The position numbers were made by a program, and so were the translations under genes. This document shows, piece after piece, positions 7,235-15,676 of a stretch of DNA of 16,705 nucleotides. The notes beneath the pieces were generated by a model. It saw only the letters and a program-made list of their open reading frames with translations, was not told where the DNA came from and did not search any database. Location: assembly GCA_040752415.1 (NCBI GenBank), contig JBFMGU010000232.1:1-16705 (forward strand). Reading direction: 5' to 3'. This DNA comes from Myxococcota bacterium. GTDB taxonomy: Bacteria > Myxococcota > JACRCW01. Within the stretch, counting starts at the first letter, position 1. The number at the start of each line of letters is the position of its first letter.

Positions 7235-9100
7235 ATGGCCTACACCTGCCGCGTGGGACGACGTCACGCCTGGGCCACCGCTGCGCTGGCCTTCCTCATC
7301 TACCTCGCCACCCTGCAGCCGTCGGTGGTGGGTGGCGACGCCGGGGAGCTGATGGACGCCGCGCTCACCGGCGGCGTTGCGCATCCTCCCGGCTATCCGC
7401 TCTACACGCTCCTGCTCCGCCTGTTTGCCGCCCTGCCCGGGTTGGACGTGGGCGTGCGGATGAACCTGCTCTCCGCGCTGCTTGGTGCACTCGCCTGCGG
7501 ATTGCTCGCGGAGGCGGTGACCACGGTGTCACGAGCGCCCTGGGCTGGCGTGTTGGCGGGCGGAATGTTCGCATTGAGCCACCGCGTGTGGCCCCATGCG
7601 ACGAGCGCGGAGGTGTTCGCGCTGAACAACATGCTCACGGCGGCGTTGCTTGCCCTTGCGGCGCGCTATGCGGAGCACGCCTCTTTCCGCACGGTGGCGT
7701 TGACGGCGTTCTGCGCGGGACTGGCGCTGGCGAATCATCACACCAGCATCTTTGTCGTCATTCCGGTCCTTGGCTGGATGGGCCGGGCCTTTCCGCGGGC
7801 CCTGCTGCTGCTGCCGTTGGGCCTCATTCCCTACGTGTACCTGCCCCTCGCTGCGCGCAGTGCCGCCGCGGTCACCTGGGGCGATCCGAGCACGCTCACG
7901 GGGCTCGTCGAGCACGTGCTGCGACGGGAATACGGCACCTTCCAGCTCGTCAGTGCGCCGCTCGGTGAGGCCGAGACGCTGCGCGCGTTGGGCTTCTTCC
8001 TCACCGACACGGTGCGCGGTGTTCTCGGGGTGGGCGTGGTGTTCGCGGTGCTCGCCATGCGCCAGCGTCGGACCTGGTGCCGCGTGGTGGCCGGCGCCCT
8101 GCTGATCGACGTGCTGGTGTTCCATTCCCTGGTGAACATGCCGCTGGAACCGGCACTGCTCCGGGGCGTGCAGGCGCGCTTCTACCAGCTTCCGCTGCTG
8201 CTGCTCCTGGCGTTGGCCGGCGTGGGCTTCGCCCGTCTTCGCCGGGGTTCGGCGCCGGTGGCGGTGGCTCTGGTCGTGATCCAGGGGGCGCTCAACCTGG
8301 GCGACGTGTTGCGTCACCGTGGGCGCGTCGTCGAGGAATACGGACGGAGCATCCTGCGTGCCGCGCCGCCCGACGCCATTGTGCTCACGCGTGGAGATCT
8401 CATCACCAACAGCGTTCGCTACCTGCAGGCGGCGGAAGGCCTCCGCGGTGACGTGCGCGTGGTGGACCAGGAGATCCTCAGCCGCACCTGGATGCGCTAC
8501 GCGGCCCAGTTCCCCGACGTCACCTTCCCCGGCACGCATTACCACCCGCGCGAACCGGGTGGGTTCACCATGGCGCAGTTCGTGGCTGCCAACCTGCCGC
8601 GCCATCCCATCGTGGTGTGCGGCGGGTTCAAGGAGGGGGACAGCTCCGTCCCCGGTCTGCTGCAGCAGTGGCCCCTGGGAATCTGCAAACGTCTCCATCC
8701 TCCCGACGTCAGCGTGGACTTCCACGCCTGGCTCGTCGAGAGCGAGCAGGCCCTGCCGCCCGTGCCATCCGGGCCGTTCTCCGACGAGAGCTGGGAGCAG
8801 GTGGTGCTCCAGGACGCGTTGGAGGCGCGTCACGCGCGCGGCTTCCTCGTGCTCACCCACCCGTCGCTGCCCGTCGACACCGCCACGCGCAACACCCTCG
8901 CGGTGCGATTGCTGGAGGAAGCGGCCCAGGATCCGCGCGCCGCCCCGCACGTGCACAAGAACCTTGGGATTGCCCTCAGCCGCCTGGGCACGCCCGAGGC
9001 CCACGAGCGCATGAAGGCGGAATTCCGACGCTACTTGCAGCGCGCGCCCGCCCAGGACCCCGAGATCCCCGCCATCAAACGCGCGATGGGTGACCTCTGA
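7235..9100 (+). CDS. TMEM260/DUF2723-like GT-C glycosyltransferase (putative protein O-mannosyltransferase), 621 aa
   Basis: PSVVGGDAGEL..GVAHPPGYPLY (7319-7405), AEVFALNN, GLALANHHT, PYVYLPL, TWGD, LRREYGTFQL and RGDL..NSVRY. Polytopic N-terminal half, soluble C-terminal half and a TPR-like end (HKNLGIAL..EFRRYLQRAP). Alternative start GTG 7253. Confidence 0.9.
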   Translation: MAYTCRVGRRHAWATAALAFLIYLATLQPSVVGGDAGELMDAALTGGVAHPPGYPLYTLLLRLFAALPGLDVGVRMNLLSALLGALACGLLAEAVTTVSRAPWAGVLAGGMFALSHRVWPHATSAEVFALNNMLTAALLALAARYAEHASFRTVALTAFCAGLALANHHTSIFVVIPVLGWMGRAFPRALLLLPLGLIPYVYLPLAARSAAAVTWGDPSTLTGLVEHVLRREYGTFQLVSAPLGEAETLRALGFFLTDTVRGVLGVGVVFAVLAMRQRRTWCRVVAGALLIDVLVFHSLVNMPLEPALLRGVQARFYQLPLLLLLALAGVGFARLRRGSAPVAVALVVIQGALNLGDVLRHRGRVVEEYGRSILRAAPPDAIVLTRGDLITNSVRYLQAAEGLRGDVRVVDQEILSRTWMRYAAQFPDVTFPGTHYHPREPGGFTMAQFVAANLPRHPIVVCGGFKEGDSSVPGLLQQWPLGICKRLHPPDVSVDFHAWLVESEQALPPVPSGPFSDESWEQVVLQDALEARHARGFLVLTHPSLPVDTATRNTLAVRLLEEAAQDPRAAPHVHKNLGIALSRLGTPEAHERMKAEFRRYLQRAPAQDPEIPAIKRAMGDL

Positions 9101-9123
9101 CACACGCGTTCCGGCCGCGGTGC

Positions 9124-9424
9124 GCTAAGGACGTGGCCAGAAGTTCTTCACACACGGAGGAGTCCCGGTGAGCCCGGACAGCCCGAGCCAAAGCGGTATT
9201 TCAGACCGCACTCCCAAAGGTGCGGGCGCCGCAGGTGCGCTTTCATCAGAGTGCCCGCACCGCGGTTGCTCGTCGGGAAAATCTGCGTGCCGGCTTCTCC
9301 GCCCAATGGGATGGGCGCGGCCGGCACCTTGGGAGCGCGGTCTGGAATACCGCTTTGGAGCGAGCGGGTCGGGCTCAGCCGGAGTCTTCCCAGATGTGAA
9401 GGAACTTCTGGCCAGGTACTTAGC
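9124..9424. mobile_element. 301-bp non-coding element with about 100-bp imperfect terminal inverted repeats (MITE-like or structured RNA)
   Basis: 9124-9146 GCTAAGGACGTGGCCAGAAGTTC matches the reverse complement of 9402-9424 (GCTAAGTACCTGGCCAGAAGTTC) at 21/23. A second block, CCAAAGCGGTATTtCAGACCGCaCTCCCAA (9188-9217), matches the reverse complement of 9329-9358 at 28/30. The inverted repeat is certain; mobility is inferred. Confidence 0.6.
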
Positions 9425-9461
9425 TTAGGGCGGGAGATCCGTGCATTTCCGAGGTGAAGCC

Positions 9462-12400
9462 ATGTTGCGTGGGCTGGGTGTTGTGACGGTGATGGTGGTG
9501 TTGAGCGTGGTGCCGGGCGAGGTGCGCGCGGCGTCGAGTTGCGCGGGTTACTGCGGAGCCAACGCGGGTTCCTGTTGGTGTGACGACGCGTGTTTCAATT
9601 ACAACGACTGCTGCAGCGACGTCCGCACGACCTGCTACGTCCCCGCCATTGGCTCGGTGACTCCCACGCACACCCCGACCCAGGGTGCCCCCATCACCAT
9701 CGCGGGAGTGAAGTTTGGCCCCGGGGGCACGGAGAACTGCCGCTCGCGGGTGGCGTTGTCGACGGCGTCGGCGGACAGCCGCGAGTGCTCCATCACTTCG
9801 TGGACCGAAACGAGCATCCGGTGCACCGTCCCGCCCGGCGTGGGCACGGATTACGCCCTCGTCGTAAGGAATCGCTGGTGCAACGAAGGGACCTCCCCCC
9901 AGCGCTTCTCCTACGACGCGCCGGACATCACCGGCATCGTCCCCAGCACCGTGCCCACCACCGGACAGGTCATCACCATCACGGGCTCCAGTTTTGGCTT
10001 GGACGGCGTCCTGCTCCTGGACGGCGAGAGCGTCCCCGCTGCTTCCTGGACCCACGACCAGCTTCTCGTCGACGTGCCGGAGGGCGTGGGCGCGTATCAC
10101 GAGCTGGAGCTGGAGGTCGGTGGACAGCGCAGCAACGTGGAGACGTTCGCGTATGCGCCGCCGCACATCGACATCGTCAGCCCCACGGATCTCAGCAACC
10201 AGGCCCCCACGGTCATCACCATCCAGGGAACGGACTTTGGCCGCAGCGGTGCCACCGTGACGGTGGGCGGCAGCCCCTGTCTCGTCGAGACGCAGGGCCA
10301 CGAGAGCATCACCTGCACGGCTCCGCCCCAGCCGCCGGGAACCAACGCCGAGGTGCGCGTGACCGCGGGGGAACAGGTCAGCAATGGGGTGGCGGTTGGC
10401 TTTGGGCGTCCGCGGATCACCGCCATCTCTCCGGCGAGCGGCACCACGGCGGGCGGAACCATCATCACGCTCACCGGCAGCGGTTTCACTCCCCAATCCA
10501 CCGTGTCCATCAACGGCACGGACTGCCCGCGCACCGGGACCCCGCCCTCCAACCAGATCCTCTGCATCACGCCCGAGGGAGAAGGCCCCACCGAGGTGCG
10601 CGTGGTCACCAACGGCGTCGTCAGTGATCCCCAGGCGTGGGCGCGCGCCGCTCCGAGTCTGGGTGTCATCACGCCGCAAGGCGGAGCCACCGCCGGCGGA
10701 ACGCCGATCACCATCACCGGAGACAGCTTTGGTGCTTCCCCCACCGCCACCGTCGGCGGCGCGAGCTGCCTCGTGACGCAGGGCGGCCACACGCGAATCA
10801 TCTGCGAGCTGCCCGCGGGGCAGGGGGCCACCGCTGACGTCGTGGTGCGGCGCCAGGATGGGACGGTGAGCCAACCCGCCCTCTACCCATACGCTCCCCC
10901 CAGCATCAGCGACATCACGCCCACGACGGGCGCTGCATCCGGCGGAACGCCGCTGACGCTCACCGGGACCAACTTTGGCGTGAGCCCGGTGGTGATCATG
11001 GGCGGGAGCCTGTGCCCGGTGGTGTCGCGGGATCACACGCGGGTGACGTGCACCACGCCGGGTGGAAGCGGTGATGTCACCGTGCAGCTCCTCGCCGGCG
11101 ACAATCCTCCTGCCACCGCGCAGATCCCGTTCCAGTACGAGGGGCCGGGCATCAGCGGTGTGACTCCGCAGGCAGGTGCCACGGCGGGAGGCATCACCAT
11201 CACCATCGAGGGCACGTCGCTGGGGAACACGGCGCTTGCCAGGGTGGGTGGCTCCACGTGCCCCATCATCGACGTCACGGCCGCGCGCGTGCGCTGCGTG
11301 CTCCCGGCGGGTCAGGGCCTGGATCAGCCCGTGGTCCTGACCGACAGTGGTGGCGAACTGACCGCACCGTTCCCCTATGACTACGCTAAACCCACGGTGA
11401 CCATGGTCGAGCCCGCGACGGGGGGCACCGCGGGCGGGACGGTCCTCACCATCTCCGGCTCCAACTTCGGCACCGCGGGTGGTTCGGTGGAGGTGGGCGG
11501 TCGGGCCTGCATGCTGAGCTCCCAGACTCACGGCGAGATCCGCTGCATGACTCCGCCGGGCGAAGGTGCGGATGTTCCGGTGGTGGTGACCGTTGCGGGT
11601 CAGCAGGCGGCGCCCGAGCGCTTCGACTACCGGCCGCCCGATCTCCAGGTGGTGTCTCCGATGGATGTCATGCGCACCGCGGGTGGCGGCGTGATCACCC
11701 TGTCGGGTAGGGACTTCGGGTTGTCGCCGCAGGTCACGGTGGGCGCGGCGCCCTGTCCCATCACCTCTGCGTCCCACAGCAACATCCTCTGCATCCTTCC
11801 CGCGGGAGAAGGCAGCGTTCCCGCCCGCGTCACGGCGGGAGGACAGCAGAGCAATGAACTGCTCTTCTTCTACGGTCCACCCGTCATCTCCGGGATCACG
11901 CCGACCGCCGGCACCTCCGGCACGCAGCCCATCACCATCATCGGCGACAACTTTGGCCTCGACGCGACGGTCTCCTTTGGCGGTGGGGAATGCGTGGTCA
12001 CCAACCAGACACATACCGAGGTGGAGTGTTATCCGCCCGCGGGAGAGGGAACCGCGCCGGTCAGGGTCATCGCAGGCGGGCTTCCGTCCCTGCCCTTCCA
12101 GGCCAGCTACGCGGCGCCTCTCCTCGACGGGGTGAGCCCCGACCACGGTCCCACCTCCGGCACGGTGATCACGCTCCACGGCTCCAACTTCGGGCTCGCC
12201 CCGTCGGTCACCGTGGGCTCGTCGGAGTGCTCCATCCAGGACCGGACCCATGACACGGTCATCTGCAGCGTGCCCGTTGGCGCGGGAACGGGTCTGCCGG
12301 TGCGCCTCACCGTCGGCGGACAAACCAGCGGGACCGCGCTCTTCGACTACGACCCGCCCGCCATCACGGGTGTGACGCCGGTCAGCGTGCCCACGCGCGG

Positions 12401-14828
12401 CACCACGATCACCATCGTCGGCAGCAGCTTCGGCGCTTCGGCACCGTCGGTGCTCTACGGGGAATCCGCCTGCCCCGTCGTCAGCAGCGATCACAACCGC
12501 ATCCTGTGCAACGCTCCGGAGGGAACGGGAGCTCCCGAGCTCGTCGTCAGGGTAGCGTCGCAATCGACCACCTTCCTCCTGCCCTACACGCCTCCGTACC
12601 TGGAATCGCTGACGCCCACGGAAGTTCCAGCGGGGGGCAACATCCCGCTGACCATCAGCGGCACCAACTTCGGCCGCGGCTCCGCGCAGGTGACGGTGGG
12701 AGGTCAGCCTTGTCCCGTGCTCACCCTCGACCACGAGCGCATCACGTGCACGGTTCCCGCGGGCGCGGGCCCGGCCGGGGTGCAGGTCCGCGTGAGCAAC
12801 CAGGTGAGCAACACGCTGCCGTTGACGTATGACACGCCATACATCGAGGGCATCTCGCCCGCCGTGGTGCCAACGCGCGGCGCGGTGATCACGCTGACCG
12901 GTCGGAACTTCGGTGCTTCTGGATCGGTGACCGTCGACGGGGCCGCGTGCCCGGTGCTCACCTACGCCACCTCCCGCGTCACCTGCACGGCGCCGGAAGG
13001 CGTGGGACGCGACAACTCCGTCCTGCTCATCACCGCAACGCAGACGAGCAACACCGCGCTGCTGCAACGCGCCGCGCCCGTGGCGTTGTCGGTCTCACCG
13101 CAAGCCATCCCCGCCGCCGGCGGAATTCCGATCACGATCATGGGCCAGGACTTTGGCGCCGGCTCCGCCGTCGTCGACGTGAACGGCAGCACCTGCCCGG
13201 TGCAGTCCGTTGATCACGAGGAGATCACGTGCCTTGCGCCGCCACGCCCCGTGGATGCCGCGTTGCTGCGCGTGAGCGTCGCGCAACAGGGCAGCAATGC
13301 GATCAGCGTTCCCTACGCGTTGCCGCTGGTGGCGTCGGTGACGCCGGGGCAATTGAGCGAGCTCGGTGGCGCCATCCTCATCGAGGGCAGCGGTTTCGGT
13401 CCGGGTGTCGTTGTCATGGTGGACGGGGTGGCGTGCCCCATCATCTCCATGCGCGACAACGAGATCCTGTGCCGTGCCCCCGCAGCCAGCGGCGCTTCGG
13501 AGGTGACGGTGGCGCTTGGCGCAACGGTCAGCCCGCCGGTGAACTTGCCGCGCAGCGGCGCGTGTGGCGGGTCCCTGGCCGAAGGCGACCCCTGTGACGA
13601 CGGAAACGTTTGCACCGGCCTCGGCCACTGCGAAAACGGCGTCTGTCGCGGCGCGCCGCCGGAGCGTGAAGGCGAGGCCTGCGACAACGGCAGCTTCTGC
13701 GCCGGAGCCGGCGTGTGCCAGAGCGGCGCGTGTGTGGCTCCCGCCGAGCGCGACACGCTGGCCTGTGACGACGGAAACCGGTGCACGCTGGAAGACGTGT
13801 GCACCGCCGGAGAGTGCGTTGGCTCGTTGTCCGACTCCGTTCCCGGGTGTTGCGGCAGCGACGTCGAATGCGGGGCAGGCAGCCGATGCGAGAACGGTGC
13901 GTGCGTTGCGTTGGACCCGCTCGGCACCGCCTGCGCGGACGGCGCCACCTGCGCCAGCGGCGTCTGTGTCGACGGTGTCTGTTGTGAGTCGGACTGCACC
14001 GGCGTGTGTGAGCAGTGCAATCGTCCGGGGCAGGAAGGGTTCTGTGTGGCCGCGGCTCCTGGAGCGCCGGTGGGAACGCGTCCCTCCTGCCGCGGGAACG
14101 GCGTCTGCGCCGGCACGTGTGACGGGGTGCGGACCGGTTGTGTCTTCCCGGACTCGCAGGTGGTGTGCGCCGCGCCGGAGTGTCTCGGCGAGAGTGTGGT
14201 TGGCGAGGGAACGTGCAATGGCGGAGGAGACTGCGTGACGCCGTCGCCGGCTCCGTGCGCACCCTACGCGTGCGCGGCGGGTGGGACCTGCTTCACCGGC
14301 TGCGTCGACAACGGCCACTGTGCCAGCGGCTTTGTGTGCGTGGGGGGATTCTGCACGCGTCCCGCGGAGGACGCGGGAACGCCTGATGCTGGTGAGGACG
14401 CAGGACCGGCCGACGCGAGCGTGGCGTCCGATGCAGCGACCTCCGATGCCGCTTCCGGCAACGACGCCGGCACCACCAGCGACGACGCCGGCATCACGGA
14501 CGCTGGAGGAGCGGGCGACGCGGCGCCCGACCATGACGCTGCCGCGGAAACCCCCGATGCGGCCGCCGACGACGGCGGTGAGGGACGCGATGGTGCCGTG
14601 AGCCGCGATGCCAGCGTGGATGGCGACGCAGCCCAGCCGCAGCGGGATGCGGGCGCGCGGGATGCCAGCGACGCGCACGACGCCGCCGCCGGCGCTGGCA
14701 ACGACGGTGGTGACGACGACGATTCGGATTCGTCCGTCTGCGCGTGCGCGCGACCGGTGACGGGTGTGCCCTGGTTGGCGCTGACGCTCGTGGCGGCGGG
14801 CGCGCTGGTGAGGCGTCGCCGGCGCTAG
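9462..14828 (+). CDS. Large cell-surface protein: signal peptide, somatomedin-B-like domain, 16 IPT/TIG domains, Cys-rich repeats, DAG-rich linker, MYXO-CTERM-like anchor (1788 aa)
   Basis: SD GAGGTG at 9451-9456 before ATG 9462; signal ends VRA-A. 8-Cys SMB pattern at 9540-9635. Sixteen repeats of about 80 aa, P-x-[IL]-xx-[VI]-[ST]-P..[IL]T[IL]xGxxFG..C..C..P, at 9642-13550. CDDGNxCT-type repeats at 13563-14354. C-terminus VCACARPVTGVPWLALTLVAAGALVRRRRR. Confidence 0.93.
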   Translation: MLRGLGVVTVMVVLSVVPGEVRAASSCAGYCGANAGSCWCDDACFNYNDCCSDVRTTCYVPAIGSVTPTHTPTQGAPITIAGVKFGPGGTENCRSRVALSTASADSRECSITSWTETSIRCTVPPGVGTDYALVVRNRWCNEGTSPQRFSYDAPDITGIVPSTVPTTGQVITITGSSFGLDGVLLLDGESVPAASWTHDQLLVDVPEGVGAYHELELEVGGQRSNVETFAYAPPHIDIVSPTDLSNQAPTVITIQGTDFGRSGATVTVGGSPCLVETQGHESITCTAPPQPPGTNAEVRVTAGEQVSNGVAVGFGRPRITAISPASGTTAGGTIITLTGSGFTPQSTVSINGTDCPRTGTPPSNQILCITPEGEGPTEVRVVTNGVVSDPQAWARAAPSLGVITPQGGATAGGTPITITGDSFGASPTATVGGASCLVTQGGHTRIICELPAGQGATADVVVRRQDGTVSQPALYPYAPPSISDITPTTGAASGGTPLTLTGTNFGVSPVVIMGGSLCPVVSRDHTRVTCTTPGGSGDVTVQLLAGDNPPATAQIPFQYEGPGISGVTPQAGATAGGITITIEGTSLGNTALARVGGSTCPIIDVTAARVRCVLPAGQGLDQPVVLTDSGGELTAPFPYDYAKPTVTMVEPATGGTAGGTVLTISGSNFGTAGGSVEVGGRACMLSSQTHGEIRCMTPPGEGADVPVVVTVAGQQAAPERFDYRPPDLQVVSPMDVMRTAGGGVITLSGRDFGLSPQVTVGAAPCPITSASHSNILCILPAGEGSVPARVTAGGQQSNELLFFYGPPVISGITPTAGTSGTQPITIIGDNFGLDATVSFGGGECVVTNQTHTEVECYPPAGEGTAPVRVIAGGLPSLPFQASYAAPLLDGVSPDHGPTSGTVITLHGSNFGLAPSVTVGSSECSIQDRTHDTVICSVPVGAGTGLPVRLTVGGQTSGTALFDYDPPAITGVTPVSVPTRGTTITIVGSSFGASAPSVLYGESACPVVSSDHNRILCNAPEGTGAPELVVRVASQSTTFLLPYTPPYLESLTPTEVPAGGNIPLTISGTNFGRGSAQVTVGGQPCPVLTLDHERITCTVPAGAGPAGVQVRVSNQVSNTLPLTYDTPYIEGISPAVVPTRGAVITLTGRNFGASGSVTVDGAACPVLTYATSRVTCTAPEGVGRDNSVLLITATQTSNTALLQRAAPVALSVSPQAIPAAGGIPITIMGQDFGAGSAVVDVNGSTCPVQSVDHEEITCLAPPRPVDAALLRVSVAQQGSNAISVPYALPLVASVTPGQLSELGGAILIEGSGFGPGVVVMVDGVACPIISMRDNEILCRAPAASGASEVTVALGATVSPPVNLPRSGACGGSLAEGDPCDDGNVCTGLGHCENGVCRGAPPEREGEACDNGSFCAGAGVCQSGACVAPAERDTLACDDGNRCTLEDVCTAGECVGSLSDSVPGCCGSDVECGAGSRCENGACVALDPLGTACADGATCASGVCVDGVCCESDCTGVCEQCNRPGQEGFCVAAAPGAPVGTRPSCRGNGVCAGTCDGVRTGCVFPDSQVVCAAPECLGESVVGEGTCNGGGDCVTPSPAPCAPYACAAGGTCFTGCVDNGHCASGFVCVGGFCTRPAEDAGTPDAGEDAGPADASVASDAATSDAASGNDAGTTSDDAGITDAGGAGDAAPDHDAAAETPDAAADDGGEGRDGAVSRDASVDGDAAQPQRDAGARDASDAHDAAAGAGNDGGDDDDSDSSVCACARPVTGVPWLALTLVAAGALVRRRRR
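9642..13550 (+). repeat. Sixteen tandem IPT/TIG domain repeats (about 240-250 bp each, diverged at DNA level)
   Basis: Manually delimited at recurring PxI/LxxV/IxP starts and TIxGxxFG cores. Repeat 2 lacks the Cys pair; repeat 1 has four Cys. Confidence 0.88.
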
Positions 14829-14989
14829 CGTGGCTTAGCCTGGGATTAGACCGCAGGTTGGAAGGCGTCCGCGGTGCCGAGCAGTCGGCTGTCCTCACGT
14901 GCAGCGTCAGCGGACGTCGGTGTTGTTGGGCTGCTGGACGGGCGCGTGGTGCTTCAGGGGTCTGGGCACGTGCGCGCGCCTGCGGCAAG

Positions 14990-15424
14990 TCACTGGACGC
15001 CTTCTGGGCTTTCCAGCAGCCCCAGCAGCGCCTGCCGCTCCGTCTCGATCTCCTTGGCGGAGCGGACACCGAGTCGTCTGAGCAGCACCATGGGCGGGCT
15101 CCAGCCCGTGAAGGCGTGAAACGCCAGCCAGCCGAGCTGCGCGCGCGCGGCGTAACGCGCGAAGCGGTGTCGTCGCCCGAGCTGAAGTGAGATGGTGGCC
15201 GCCACCGGGATGATCACCTGCATCACGCGGTCCACGTCCCACTCGCGGTCCAGCTCGGAGAGTCGTCGGTGGATGGCGCCCCGCCCCTGACGCGCAATGT
15301 GCTGCACATTCGCCTCGGTGAGACGGTCGATGCGTTCGTTGACACGGTGGGCGGTGTGCGCTCGCACGCGATCATGGGCGCGGACGTCCGGCAGCTCGCC
15401 GGAGATGTCTGGCACGGAGACCAT
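14990..15424 (-). CDS. Small conserved membrane protein (DUF2892/YgaP-like), 144 aa
   Basis: SD GGGAGG upstream of ATG 15424. Motifs ELDREWDVDRV and GWSPP..LRRLGVRS..EI..ER.AL resemble a conserved hypothetical family; two hydrophobic segments. Confidence 0.72.
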   Translation of the reverse strand: MVSVPDISGELPDVRAHDRVRAHTAHRVNERIDRLTEANVQHIARQGRGAIHRRLSELDREWDVDRVMQVIIPVAATISLQLGRRHRFARYAARAQLGWLAFHAFTGWSPPMVLLRRLGVRSAKEIETERQALLGLLESPEGVQ

Positions 15425-15676
15425 GCATTCCTCCCTGTCCAGCCCTCACGAGGGCGGCGGTTGCCTCAAGGGGTAAGGGTTTGGGCCCCCGACGGCAAAG
15501 GCGCGTTGCGTCCAAGCCCAGCCTGCGGCACGGCGACAGGTCCACGCGGACGCTCCACCCACCGGCACATCCGGCCCCGTTGGATTTGGGCGGGAACCGC
15601 GGTGTGCCGCCATGAACACGTGGCACGGTCAGTGCTTAGACCCGCCAGAGCGGTCATCCGCCTGGGGAGTGTCGTC

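Noticed and set aside
7144..7236. Two divergent genes starting from the same palindromic GGCCATGGCC
   Set aside because: It would leave no promoter space; the signal peptide and a -10 box favour GTG 7143 for the minus-strand gene.
9168..9457. Short ORFs within the inverted-repeat element, or identity as 6S, SRP, RNase P or retron RNA
   Set aside because: No coding bias or motifs; none of the conserved sequence signatures recognised; no reverse transcriptase in the window.
9420..14678. Long minus-strand ORFs (1215 aa and 527 aa), and similar ones at 7529-9103, 4003-5256 and 569-1717
   Set aside because: Antisense shadows expected from high-GC codon bias; no recognisable motifs.
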